Below, in pieces: positions 19,333 through 32,384 of a stretch of DNA of 64,000 nucleotides. A program made the translations under genes and the position numbers. The notes under the pieces were generated by a model, which was not told the origin of the DNA, did no database searches, and worked only from the letters and a program-made list of their open reading frames with translations. This stretch comes from Oopsacas minuta (lineage: Eukaryota > Animalia > Porifera), in contig JAKMXF010000332.1 in the NCBI GenBank assembly GCA_024704765.1, positions 1,309,861-1,373,860 on the forward strand, in the 5' to 3' direction. The stretch's first letter is position 1. Each line of letters begins with the position of its first letter.

Positions 19333-22300
19333 CTAATTGTAGATATAAATCATAATAAATATTCTTGACTCATTAAATATACAAATAGCCAGGATCTTCC
19401 CGTATAGCATAACCAACTGGGATCCGAGTCTATTTCTAGAACTTGCATGGTTCCCTGTGGTACCGCCACCAGAACTTTGAGGATCTATTATGGATTCACA
19501 AAATTTGATAGCAAATCTTGTATAATAGTGGTGCATAAAATTTGGTAAAATTACGACTTTAAAATTTGAACATTGAGGTTACCTGTCTCATGCTAATCAT
19601 AACCATATTTCATTTATGTTGGCAATTATTGTATTATTTTGAACAACAAAATTGTATATAAATCATAGGAATTAGGGATAAATATTGTTAAATAAATTGA
19701 TATATAAATTCGGCGTTCAAATTTCTAAAGTTAGAAAATGACCTTAAAAGTGAATTGGAATCTGACCTAAAATATTTAGGGGAGTAAGAAATGACCTAAT
19801 TACAACAAAAATTAACACCCTAGGTGATGAGGGAGCATACATTAGCCAGAAATTGGTTTATGGTATGGTCAGAATGTTTGTAAAGTAGGTATTTGTCCAA
19901 CTTCACATCTTCAGAAACCCCTTCACATATCCCAAGAAACAATTACTGGCTAGCCATAGCCAAGCGTTCGTCGGTCAAAATATGAACCCAATTCTTCAGG
20001 AGCACCTTAAAATATACTTAATTAAAACGTTCTAGGTCATTTTCCTAATGCATTCGATCAATTTCCACGTTCCCATAATTCCATCAAACTCTGGTTTTCT
20101 TCAAGCCTCCAAAGATAGGTGGTTAGTCTCCTTTTATAATATTTTCAACATATGTATTGGTAATTTAATCTAAACTGTCTCCTCAAGGAGTATAACTTAA
20201 GAGCCTCTCCCCATTTTTGCGATATCCTAGAGTAGGTAAGCCTCGAATTCATCTTGTGTACTTCAGCAGTTAATAATGAATTGCTCAATAAAAATAAATA
20301 CACATATATTACTCACATTCAATTCCTCCAGTTCTGTCTTGAGCTTATCTTCCAGTTGACTAACCTTAGTCAAATCTGACTGCAATCTAACATTGTCTAA
20401 TTCTAGAGTTTGGGCAGTGGCTTCAGATTTATCTTTCTCAAACTTTTTATGCTTTAGGTCAGCCTGAAGTTGTTCATACTCTTGTAAGCTAGGAAGTTGT
20501 TTCGAAGAAGACAACACGCGACTAATGTCCTGCAGCTGGTCCACAATGGTCTGTTCTATGTTAGATCGCCGTTCTGTTTCTGTAGACCAGGCTTCTTCAA
20601 ATCCTTCCATAAACACTTTCATGTCTCCCTCCTTCTTCTTCATTTCCTGATACTTCTGGTGCTTCTCGCTATTAGCCTAAATAAAACACACAGATAGTTG
20701 CAAATTAGGTATTCACTCTATAATCCGGGAAGTAAGTTTCCCGCTTAATGTCATACTTCTCGTGCGTATGTGGCATTATCCGGGATAATCTAATATGTAT
20801 GTATGTGTTCAGTACTAAATAGCAACAAAGGTAGACACAACAACTACAGTCAAAACCGGTTATTTTCTGACTTGCAAAGAAATAGTAAGAAAAAAACAGG
20901 TTTCTACTGTAAATGCAAACGAGTTTGTTCACACCGAAAACTTTTGCAGACAATATTTCCAAGTGTTTCCTTCTAATAGATTTTTACAATGAACCTTCAA
21001 GCTGTAATTGACATTCAATTATCTTATATTATCCGGGAAGGATACCAAATCTGACCACATTTTTATGACGATATCGGGATATGACAATAACCGATGTTTT
21101 GAGTACAAGAATTGACTAGTGTGGTTTAGGATTTGAACTATTTATGATAATAAGAGGTTATTCTATTAAGCGGTATGATAATACGGAATCCATCTACATT
21201 CATTTATACAGAATTGTTCAACGGTTTGTGGTTAGAAGAAATTTGTTTACATTTAGTACAACTTAAGATAAGTTTTGATAACCCTATTACGTATAAGGGA
21301 AAATAGCTGAAAACTGTCATTTAACTACCTAACTTTCGGAAAATGGTGCCTGGTTAGGAGGTGACCGGATCTTGGAGGTGTGACTGTATTTTCTATTTTA
21401 GAAATATCGAAATGATATTATAATATAATACAGTCGAAACAGGTTTATTCTAACTTTTCATGTAATTCTTAATTTCTAACTACGTATTTGTAACGATTTA
21501 TGGTGCAAGCAGGTGCATTAAATCCCAACTTAACTAGTATTCTACATCGGATTATTCTAACTACAGTCGATCCTCCGAGATCCAGAACTCAAAGATCTGA
21601 GCACTATTTTACAAAAAGTTCGAAATGTATTTGAATATTTTCAGTTAATTTCCTTTAAAATAGAATTATCTTCAGCTGTATTTCACATCCAATAAGTTTC
21701 CCACTAACCACATACCGTTATGACATCTACATTCGCCAATTCAAAATACATCAAAATATAATATGTTATAAACAAAATGGATATCCCATAGAGTTAATGT
21801 TGTTCTGAGATCCAGGCAGTCTCCGCAAGAGACTGCCTGGATCTCAGAGGTTCGACAGTATTAGACCTCCAAAGAAATGGTTAGAAAATAGTCCAGCCGA
21901 GAGACTGGTAGTGCAGCTCAGGGTTATGTATTTTGTATTTTCAGGAAAAGCACGCAATCATATGATAAATCATGTAGATATAGACTTGAAAGTATGAATT
22001 TGTAATCTACAGACTCGATTACCTTTGACTAGCAGTTAAATTGAGATCTCTAGCTTGATTTTGAATAATATGCGAAAAGGTGTGAAATATGACTAAGCAT
22101 ATGATAAATCTGTGAATTTGTAACTTTCAGACAAAATCGGACTCTACGCACCCAATTACCTTTGACAATATGTTGGAACCTAATCTCTAGCAAGAATTTT
22201 GAATATACATAGAAAGGTGTTAAAATATGATTAATCACCAAAAGGATGTGAAATATTCACTTTAGAAAAATTCATACCCGAGGTGCAAATCTTCGACCCA

Positions 22301-25300
22301 AAATGTATATGTATGCCCATTTTCGTGTTAATTGGACCGCTAGATTTCTCTAAATCTTATTCAGTCATGTTGTTTGTTGTGACAATGTATAAATATAAAT
22401 CTTGATAATTAACAATAGATTTAAACCAAACTAATGAAAACTTTAGAGTTCAGACAATCAAATTGAAATATTTTGGATAAGATTGTACTACGTACGTATA
22501 AGTTGAAATTTAATATTCCTGATTGTAATTAATATACTCTACCTCTTCCATATCCCTGTCCACTTGTGTTATGTCAGCTTGTAGAGACTGTACTTGTTCC
22601 TGCGTTTGGGACAATCTGTCCTGTAACAGAGTTATCTCTTGATTATCTTGCTTAACCTGCTGTAGTAACTTTTCTCTCTCTTGTTCTGGAGTCAGGTTAG
22701 ATCTCTCATCAGCTTCCCTCTGAAGCTCTGATCTCTTCCTCTCCAGCTCCTGCAGCTGTGTCATTAGACGCACTGCTTCAGTCTTTACTTCACTGTTTAG
22801 AATCTATATCAAACACAATGTACAATTTATTTGACAAATCTAGCTGTGTATAATTATGATTGCTTCAAATTCTGAAATTCGTAAAATTAACGAGTCGCTC
22901 TATAAAAATACTTGGTGTTCATTTGGGAGAGGCTGGATCTAGTTCTAAATTATAAATAATATTTTGACAAAGCACCCTAAAACTTGATAAAACCTGGCCA
23001 CGACTGGCCACAGTGAGTTTTAGGGGTAATTAAGCCAAGGTAATATGTGTTCGGACACATCAAGTGACGTCAAAAGCTATGCATAAATGTTTCGATAGAG
23101 CCCGCAAGGTAAAACAGTATATTATAAATTTATAATATATTTTGTACTAGTAGTGTGAGTATGTGAGAAATGCGAACATACACGGTCAAGAGGGTCAGTA
23201 GTCTGGTGGCAGAGGTGCCAAACCTTACGATATTTGGTAGCGATCATTTCTCTTTTAGTTTCCTAGAGTCTAGACCATGTACAACGGGCGTTCAAAAAGT
23301 TCCCGACCCTACCCCATATTTTTGTAACTATACAGAATATACATGTACAATTGTTATATTTTCTCGAAATAATCACCATTAATGTCTATGACTCGTTGTA
23401 GACGTTCTAGCCATTTAAAAAATACATTTTTATAGTCCCGGTGGGATGTCTTTTGGGGATCTCCAAATTGCGTTCCCTAGGTCGATTCTGGTATCAAAAT
23501 GCCTGCCTGCCTACAGGTCCTTTTTCAACTTTGCAAATAGCCAGAAATCACAAGGAGCGAGGTCAGGTGAGTAGGGTGGGTGGTCTAGCTCAACAACTCT
23601 CATTCTATCCAACTCTGACTTTACGAGCTTAGTTTTATGTGGCCGTGCATTATCTTGCAATAATCGCATGCCCCGCGGTCCAGACTTTGGCCTCCGACCC
23701 CAGTAATGTTTATCTACTTCTGAGAGGCAACTGTTGGCATAAAAGTCCCGGTAATTGTTTTCCCTTTTGGCATTATAATCTGGGTAACTAGGCCATATGC
23801 ATCAAAGAAAATTGAGTACATGACCTTCTGATCTCTGAAGTCCGGCCTAGGATTGAGAGGAGGCGCCTCACCTTTTACGACACATACCTTATTTCTTTCT
23901 TTGGATAGTGGCTCGTCGTATCTTATCCAAGTCTCGTCACCAATAATGATTTCTGCCAGCCTTCTTGGATCCGAGTCTTTATACTCAGAGAACATTTTTC
24001 TTGCACAAGTTACCCGAAGGTCCTTTTGGTCCTTTGTAAGGGAATGCGGGATCCACCTCGAACAAATTTTGGTAACTCTCAGCTCATCGATAAGTATGGA
24101 ATGAACAGCTCCCGTTGAGATCCCTACACTCGTAGCTAACTCCTCAACAGTGATATGAGGATTTTCTTCAATTCTCCAGCGAATTTCAGAGGTGTTACTG
24201 CTAGTGACGGCTGATCTGGGAAGCCCGATTCGTTCCTCATCTTCCAGTGACTCTCGTCCTTCGCGAAACCGCTTGGCCCACTCCTTCACAGTAGTATATG
24301 AAAGGCTAGCATCTCCATAAACGACTTCCAAGTCAATGAGAATATCCTTCGGGCCAATACCAAGAAGCGTGCGAATTTTGATATAGTATCAGGGCGTTCA
24401 ATAAGTCTTGCGGGTCATGTTATATCTCAGGAAATAGTCAAGTAATATATCTAACTTTCATATATTATAAGCCCATATAGTTAAACTCCATATACTGAAA
24501 GTTTCAAGCTTATTCAATACAAATTATGAATTTTTGAGATATTACGTGTAGTCAATTCATACCTACTGTTCAATTTATAGCTTCAAAGGATGATAATTCA
24601 ACCTCAAATGGCGAGCTTTCATAGAGTTTCGCACACTACTCAAGATCTAGCCCGTACAGATCTTCAGCGAGTTACAGAAGATATTGTGCGTGGATTGCCC
24701 TTTCAGATCTACTGTAGAGCATGGGCTGCCCGTTTTAGATCTGGTGATGCTGATGTCACAGATTTGCCTGGATTTGGAAGACCGGTATCCGCCACTAATT
24801 CAGAGAATATCACACTGATTGAAAGTACGGTCATGGAAGACAAGTGCATTACTGTCAATCAGTTAGGACAAAGAGTGGAGATTTCATTGGGAGCTATTCA
24901 TACAATTCTGACGTCACCAAAAATTGTGGGTTAAAAGTATACTACGATACGTCTTCATTGAAAGACGTATAAACAACTTAGGTAACATAAGGCCAGGTTA
25001 ACCTGGCTAAAACTTGGTCAGTTTGCATTACTTACACAGTCCTAAGCTATACAAGAGGTGAGCGAAGGCCGCCTTATGGGAACACGATCACGAAATAATC
25101 GCGAACCGCAGAGTGTAAGAAAGTTTTGCTTGCTTGTATAAATAAATAATGATGAATAAATCCTATTGCTATAATTGTTACCTCTTCTTCATACATTTGT
25201 GCTAGTCTCCTAGCTTTCAATAGCTGTTCTTCTTGCTGGTCAATATTCTGCTGCATTACTTCTATTTCTCGACGTATATCTCTGTACTTGTCTTGTTCTA

Positions 25301-27864
25301 CTTCTTCCAACTGCCCCACTACTCGCTCAGTCTGCTGGCGCTCTTCTAACATCTGTTGTTCAGCCAATTGTACTTCTTCTTCTTTCTTTTGTCTCTCTGA
25401 GAATACCTATAACCATTAATTAATGATATTTGGCAAAATATTCACTAGAAGCATCAAATTTCCTAACCATATGTAACGAATTTATCATTCACGCATGTTG
25501 GTATAACGGGTCTAAACGATTTCTAATATTCCAATGAATGTATCGCAATATTTGACTACAGCAATTATACTATAGTCGGAGAGCCTGCTAGTTTCTGAAT
25601 CAATAACTTCTAATTATTAATCTATTTAGATTGGACGTGTTAATCGAATTTCGAAACGTTTAGGTGCGACCACTGGACATCATTAGAGCAGTTATACCTA
25701 GCCCTTATAACCCAAATGCGATATTTTACACATTCAGTAGACCCCCTTCATAGAATGCAATATATAATTTGAGAACCTGTGGACCCCCTGATATCGTCTG
25801 TGGACCATCAAAGGTCCATTGGGAACCGATACTTCATAGGAAATACGATTGCTGTTAGAATTTCAAATGATATCAATTGATAGAAATCTTCCGCGAGGTA
25901 TATATTTATCTATACAGCTATGGAAAGTAGCATAAAACGTCAGATCTCATCCCAATAAAAGCATGTATGAGTATCAAATGAAATCTGAAAGATATTCTGG
26001 CATCAATGGGTGGTTTACTTTGTTATGTTAAATTGTGTTGCATTCTCACAAACTAAAATATATAGTTAGGAGATGTGGCTGATGGAAACTGTACCATACT
26101 TCATATCTACAGGCCTCATCTATTAAGCTTATAACTTCAATAAAGTATATGTCCAAAAGCCGTAACCAGACTTCTTAAAATTCCCGCCATGGATTTTGGA
26201 GTGATCCGGTTGAAAACTCACTCGCCATAGAAACAGTAATATCAGCACTAAAAAGATCAACCGTCTTGGTGGACCCCAAGTAATAGTTGTCCCAGGGTCT
26301 ATCAAGGGGAAATTGGAAGTTGTTTGGACATATTTTTAATATACTAGTAGTTGACAACCCCTAATTGTCGTTCCAGGAACTCTTGAATGACAAAATATAG
26401 GCAACGGATATTCTAGGGGTGAAAGCTCAGGGTAGTAAAATCCCTATACAAAAGTTGTGATTCTTCTAAAGACAATGTAATTAACTGATATATCCCACAC
26501 GTCCTAATTGCTTTCCTAGCAAATAATCCATTCATAATTATCATTATAACTATGTATAGATGAGCATTTACAAACAATCTAATAATTAGATACAAATACA
26601 CGAAAGATACATCAGGCTGTGAATCACGATATCCATCAAATGGACTATACATTTGTACCTACAATTTATCAAGAGCTTTTTATTAAATATAGTACAATAT
26701 AAAACTAAAATGTCCAGCCTTAGGAAACGAAGTCTCTAGCATCAATTTGAAATAAGGTGTGAAATAATAAATCTGTGAATTTGTAACTTTCAGACTCTCA
26801 AAATCTCAAAATCGGACTCTACTCACCAAATTATCCCTAAAAACATGTTGAAACCTAATCTCTAGCATGAATTTGAATTTACCATAGAAAGGTGTGAAAA
26901 ATTCATACCCGAGGTGTAAATCTCCGACCCAAAAATGTACACGTTACCAATTTTCGTGTAAATCTGACTGTTAGATTTCGCGCGGCGGCGCAGACAGACA
27001 GACAGACGAACGAACGACGTCGCACATCGTCCATGCCACTATGGCATCTCCCTATAAGAGCTGCACTAAAAATACAATACCGTCCCCGGCCCAGCTTCCC
27101 ACAAAATCATAGATAAGAAAGGAGCAATTACTTTCCATGGCCAAAACTATATAATTTAGATTATGTAAATCTAATCATTACACAGAAGACATCCTCAGGG
27201 TATCCGAATTATTCATTCAATATATTTCCAAAAGTTATTTGATAGATAAATACTAATTGTGATGAGTATAACATTATATGGTGCTATCATAAACATGAAC
27301 TTGTGATACCTTGCGGATCCCTAAATTACTTCATATCGTTTCGTAGCAATAATTTTCACATAATTGAGAAGTAGTACTCACTTGCTCTACAATCATAGCT
27401 TCCCTCTTATTCTCCATTCGTATAGCCTCACACTCTTGCACAACATCCTCTATCCCAGAACCTGTTCCCACTCGCTCCATCAACAGATTATAATCATTCA
27501 TGTCTCCTCTCAGCCCTGATATTTCTGTAGCTAATTGCTGTGCTCTCTGCTCGTACAAAATGTAATTAGCATTGTCTTCTTCATATACGTCTAACTCACG
27601 AGTTATCTTAGCTTTCTCCAACCCCAGCTCTTGGATTTTACCTCTTAACAGTCCTAGATAGTAAGTGCGGTCTTGTACTGACCTCTCTGGTCCAAGACCT
27701 TTAGCGGCGGTTTTCACCCCAGTGAGTCCCTGCTGAGTAACTGGCCGGTCTGGTACTCTGATGTTAGCTCGACTACCAGGACGAGGAGGAGGAGCACCTG
27801 TAGCTAGACGACGAGTGGAGCTAGGTCGAGCTGACATTCCATTCCCACCTAAGTTGCTAGACAT
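18946..27864 (-). CDS. IFT74: Intraflagellar transport protein 74, 5 exons: 27864-27382, 25406-25182, 22803-22543, 20676-20317, 19332-18946 (571 aa)
   Basis: Hallmarks RPVTQQGL, YYLGLLR, EREKLLQQVKQDNQEI, QLCNLERKWQHHQQSNFAMEEFI. All four introns are GT-AG, phase 0, and the joined frame is open. Confidence 0.95.
20317..20676 (-). CDS. IFT74: IFT74 exon 4
   Basis: Acceptor TTTAG|GCTAAT (ANSEKHQKY); donor TTGAAT|GTGAGT. Confidence 0.9.
21564..21858. mobile_element. Tigger/pogo-like MITE in IFT74 intron 3
   Basis: TA|CAGTCGATCCTCCGAGATCCAG ... CTGGATCTCAGAGGTTCGACAG|TA; contains a perfect 20-bp hairpin at 21804-21848. Confidence 0.75.
21885..22330 (+). repeat. Helentron/DINE-1-like repeat (family A), copy retaining the 5' subterminal IR
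   Basis: AAAATAGTCCAGCCGAGAGACTGG-TAGTGCAGCTC; body shared with the 2036 and 26705 copies. Confidence 0.6.
22543..22803 (-). CDS. IFT74: IFT74 exon 3
   Basis: Acceptor TATAG|ATTCTA (ILNSEVK); donor GAAGAG|GTAGAG. Confidence 0.88.
23282..24386 (-). mobile_element. Mariner (DD34D-type) relic in IFT74 intron 2, 5'-truncated and frameshifted
   Basis: TA|CAACGGGCGTTCAAAAAGTTCCCG TIR; ORF 23714-24331 (WAKRFREGRESLEDEER, WIPHSLT, IIGDETW); downstream LQDNARP and HPPYSPDLAPCDFWLF. Confidence 0.88.
24389..24912 (+). mobile_element. Second mariner relic (5' TIR + HTH part), head-to-head with the first
   Basis: TA|TCAGGGCGTTCAATAAGTCTTGCG TIR-like start; WAARFRSGDADVTDLPGFGRPVSAT...ISLGAIHTIL. Confidence 0.75.
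25182..25406 (-). CDS. IFT74: IFT74 exon 2
   Basis: Acceptor TATAG|GTATTC (VFSERQ); donor GAAGAG|GTAACA. Confidence 0.9.
26705..27072 (+). repeat. Helentron/DINE-1-like repeat (family A), copy with complete 3' end
   Basis: (GACA)n microsatellite near 26993-27010, stem-loop ATGCCA-CTA-TGGCAT (27033-27047), 3' subterminal IR GAGCTGCACTA (27058-27068), then an A-run. Confidence 0.65.
27382..27864 (-). CDS. IFT74: IFT74 exon 1
   Basis: ATG at 27864; donor GAGCAA|GTGAGT at 27382/27381. Confidence 0.92.
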
Positions 27865-28338
27865 CTTCAGCTAATATAGGATGACATTTGTACAGGATAT
27901 TCGCCAAAATTACTGTGTCCATGATTTTAATACATAATTACAGGATTCTCGAGATTATAATTTTGAATGGAAGGGTGTGATTAGAGAACGACGCTCATGA
28001 AGAATGTCAAATTTACCCAATGTACGATTGCTATAGATCATGACTCATATTAACATGCATGTAGATAACATATAATCTTGCTTTCACATAGCTCGTACTT
28101 TACACATTCCCGAAAATATACAAGAACTTCTTAAACTGGCTATCACTACAGCAATGTTAAATGAAATTTCACGCTATTTCTATTACAAAACTAAACATCA
28201 ATTTATAGTTTTAATCAGTGCCGTCTTTAGGAATTAGTAGGCCCCAGTACCGGATCTAAGGTGGGATGTGGCCATGTGGGGGATGCAAATTTGGGCCCAA
28301 ATATGTGTCCCCAGCATTATCACTATATCCATTATACA

Positions 28339-31026
28339 CATCGGCGTAAAGTTTTGTCCAAAAGTCACAAAATCTGGGGGGGTGGGGCGTGAATACAACA
28401 TACGTTAGCACATGATTACCGTAACTAACTCAAACATATAATTTTCTACTATTAGTCTATTGCAATCTCTAATTTAAATGGATGGCTAGGTCCGAACAAG
28501 TTACGGCGCTGCATTGTTCTGCCAATAAACTCTTCCATTAGAGGTCTGATATCCATTTCTTCAGTGATGTCCTTGTGTGCTGCAAGAACAGCGCAGTGAT
28601 TGAGGCGCTGCTGAGACTGAGAATTTCTCAGCCAGGTGTGGATCCTCCACATCATACTAAAGGAGCGCTCAGCCTCATACACTGATACTGTTAGACATAC
28701 ATAAATGGTGCATACCATGTGCAGATTTGGTAGTAGAAACTTGAGTGCTGTCTCTTCTACGAAATTCGAACGCAGAATTTTGATGGTTGGTACGACTCCA
28801 TTTCCTTCACATAGGGCGAACCAATTGCGCAGTTCTTGTCTGAGCATCTCAAACTGTACATCACCTTCATAGAATTGAACCAATTCAATTAAATCTGCAT
28901 CTGACATTTTGGGGTCTTCTAGAGATTTGCACACCAGTTCCACTATTCCTAAGTCATTAGCAGAATACCTAGCTATGAGTGCATTCGAACGAACATTCAT
29001 CACAGCCAAATATAGACCAGTGTAAAACTCTTTTATTTGATCTTCTGTCACCGGGTTCTGGGTAGCAGTTCGAGTCCGTGCACCACGTGCTCGTTCAACT
29101 CTGGGCAATGCAGGCAAACCAGATGTGGGTCATCAAGGGCCGAAAACTTAGCAGCGACGTACAGCTCTGCTGCGTTTGTGCAGTTGATTACTTCAGCCGA
29201 AAGAGATAAGGCCAAAGTACCAACCCAGTTTCTGACTTCTCCTGCTGTAGCATGCCTGCTCTGGCATTGCACATGGATTGGGTAAACTTTCCATAGAACA
29301 GCCTGGACAATTCTGAGGCAAAAATAGTTTTGAAATGTCTCAAGACCCCTAAGATAACTCTCGGCCCACTCTTTGTTCTTAGCAGGCTCGGTGCGATCAT
29401 TCCTAAGTTCATCCATGAACTCCAAAATAGAGGCGTAATGAGCTAAGAAAGCGTCCACAGCAGGCAATCGCATCACTCAGCGTGTAGGACAAAGAGGTCT
29501 GAGAACAATGTTGTGAAGGTGAGGATTATCATCCATCTCCAGATCTTTGATGACATTGTTGAATCTGTTGAGCTTCTTTGGTGAATTCTTGATGAAGTGA
29601 ACCACAGAATACATAAGCTCCAGGGCTATGGACACCTCAGGAATCACTCCCAATGAATCTTGGACGCACAAGTTCAACTGGTGGCCGAGACAATACAGGT
29701 ACAATGCTTTTGAATTTCAGTCGACAGTTTAGCCTGCAGCCAATTATGTTTTCCGGCAACATTTGCTGCTCCGTCATATCCTTGTCCTCGAATCCCGGAA
29801 AAAGGTAAAGCAAAAGCTAGCAATGAAGTCTTCACAAGATACAGAAGAGTGTCGGCGTTAGTTCTACTTGTTGTGTGAAAACCTAGAAAGACCTCTTCAC
29901 TTTCCATATGGGCATAACAGAAACGAATGCAGAAGAAAACTTGCTCCTTTCTGTTGATGTCGGATGTCTCGTCCAGAATTATTGAGTATATAGGCTGTTC
30001 TTCCAACAGATCCTGAATTAATGCGAGTAATAAGATGGAGCTGGGGGCCATGGGCGAAGATCTCCAAAATTTCGTTCTGGTATTGAGGTGTCAGATATTT
30101 GAATTTGTTGTCGGTAGTGATGTAGTTTTGAACAGAAGTATTGAACTCTCCAATTAACTTGAACAAGCAGTTGAAGTTGCCAGTGTTATCTTCATCACGG
30201 TGACCACGCAAAGCCAGACCCTGGTGCCCACATACTCTTACAACCTCGAACACAGCCTCCAGGCCAATCCTGTTCTGCTCGTAATCATTCGCGACCCGTT
30301 AATCTAAAATCACCCGATGAATATGTGCCAGTTTCACCGCACTCAGCGCGTATTCTCCCCTCTTATGAATTCCACTACCGTCGTGTTTCAAGATCCCATC
30401 GCGCCCCTTTTTGAAGTGGCCCATCCAGCCTCCTTGTTGATCCACAACATATTATTGCCACCTTCATATGTCTCGTGTCAGCATGGTTGAAACGCTTGTA
30501 CTTGAGAACCCAAAACAGGTCATGCAGTACAACGATTTCCTGTCTTCTGCCAACTTCAAACAGGAAAACTCTCCAAACCAACTACTGTTCATCTTGTGAT
30601 TTGATGTGTTCGTCTTAGGCATTTGGTAAGGAAGCTCGTACATGTTCTGGGTATCAGGGATCTCCAGTTCAATGACTTCAATAGGAGAAGCAGAGTTCGC
30701 GTCACCAAGTTCTTCACCATGCTCAGCAATTTGCAGAACATTTCCCAAGTTCTCTAATACGGAAGCCGTGGTTTCTAAGGGAGAAGTCATCTGCTTCTTG
30801 GAAATGAAGTGGGTCAAAAGAGTTTGACCTTGCTTCCTTTTCGTGGACTGCTCTGTCATAACAAAGAGGAATAGTATTATACTTAAGAAGTATTCAGTAC
30901 CTAAGATAATTAGCAAAGACTAATCTACAAGAGAGATAACAAAATTGAAGTAAAATACACAAAATCTTCTCAAAAAACTGGGGGGGGGGCGGAAGTACCT
31001 TCGTCCCCCCAGACTTTACGCCTATG
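28339..31026 (-). mobile_element. hAT DNA transposon (ZMYM1-like transposase), frameshifted
   Basis: TIRs CATCGGCGTAAAGT / ACTTTACGCCTATG; 8-bp TSD ATTATACA (28331-28338) / ATTATAAA (31027-31034); motifs GNFNCL, SIILDETSDI, RGQGYDGAANVAG, CLGHQLNL, EAERSFSMMWRIHTWLR. Confidence 0.9.
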
Positions 31027-31818
31027 ATTATAAATAATGTACCTTGTATTGATCTACGGACGGAAGTTGCGTGAACGGGTAATGCTGGGTATGTAAAACT
31101 AATAAGAGCAAATACAACAAATAAGTATCATCTGATACGTTCAAGCAGTTGAGGACAAAACTCAAACATTACTGTAGCTACCAAATATATTTGAATATAC
31201 CCTGTGCAAATAAATATAACATATCCTATACAGCACTGGGTTACAGCTATTACCTACTAGCTTAACTGTAATTGTATAGTTTTTTCTGTTACAACAAATT
31301 CAGATTGAAATTTCGCAAGCTTTAGCTCCTGCAAATTCATCTATCCAATCATAGAATCGCGGCTATATAAATTTAGTACGTACAGACGGTATTTCTTATT
31401 ATTTCTTTGCACGGAATCAAAGTACTTAGTTAAAAAAACTGATAAAATGAATGTAATACTCACATCCTTTACAATCTGAGCATGAAAATAAAGAACAAAA
31501 AACCGATAAGAAAAACCAGTTTCGACTGTATTTCATATGGCTTAGCCTATATAATTAGCAACAATTCCTCTCATCAGGAAACTGTAGGCACTGGTTTTAT
31601 ACATATACATTTACACAGTAGAGCCTCGTTAATACGAACACGGTTAAGAAGTAACTCCAGATAAGGAGTACAAATTCGGTAAAAGTGATTCATTGTCCAG
31701 TATTTGGTCCAAAACCATCTGGTCACCCTAGCTAATAATAGCTACACAAGTTGTGCTAATACAGTTCAGGCATATACGTAAAGTATAAATTTTCTCGATT
31801 TAACTCTTCGATTTCTCA

Positions 31819-32384
31819 TCTATAATCTATATTATTAAATCTCAATGATTATTTGTCTGTTTGTCTGTCTGTTGTCAAGGAAGGATTTATGGTATGCAAT
31901 TTTGAAATTGTCTCATACTATATATTTATCGTGCTTATCAAGGAAGTAAATAGAATTCAATAAAATTGACTAATATATCAAACATGCTGAATCCGATTTT
32001 CACATTTTGGATTAATCATATGTAAATTTATTGTTGTTTTAGGAATATAGAGTAAACAAATTTCAAAATTGAGGTAAAATCATACTTTCAACGACTATCC
32101 TGGAGTAATCGAGCATGCTGAGTCCAAATATGGTATTGTAAACAACATATTGTCAATATTTGTTTACTTTTAGGTACATAAAGTAAACAATTTTCAAAAT
32201 TGTTGTAGAAACATGATTTCAACGACTATACTGCATACTGGGGTAATCGAGTATAGTGAGTCTGAATATTGTAAACAACATCAATAGTATTAAATCTCAA
32301 TTGTTGTTGTCTGTTTTTGTCCTGTGAGTACCTCGAGGCGCAATGCGCGCCGAGTTCATCGCGAAGCGACGAGCCAAGGCTCGT
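31819..32384 (+). mobile_element. Non-autonomous Helitron-like element (family B)
   Basis: A|TCTATAATCTATATTATTAAATCTC 5' end with GTCT microsatellite; internal ~120-bp tandem duplication; 3' GC-rich hairpin region ending CTCG|T. Confidence 0.65.

Noticed and set aside
26100-26360. Possible SLC15/POT transporter relic (FNRITPKSMAGILRSL) in IFT74 intron 1
   Set aside because: Single short motif amid many stops; not distinguishable from chance by eye.
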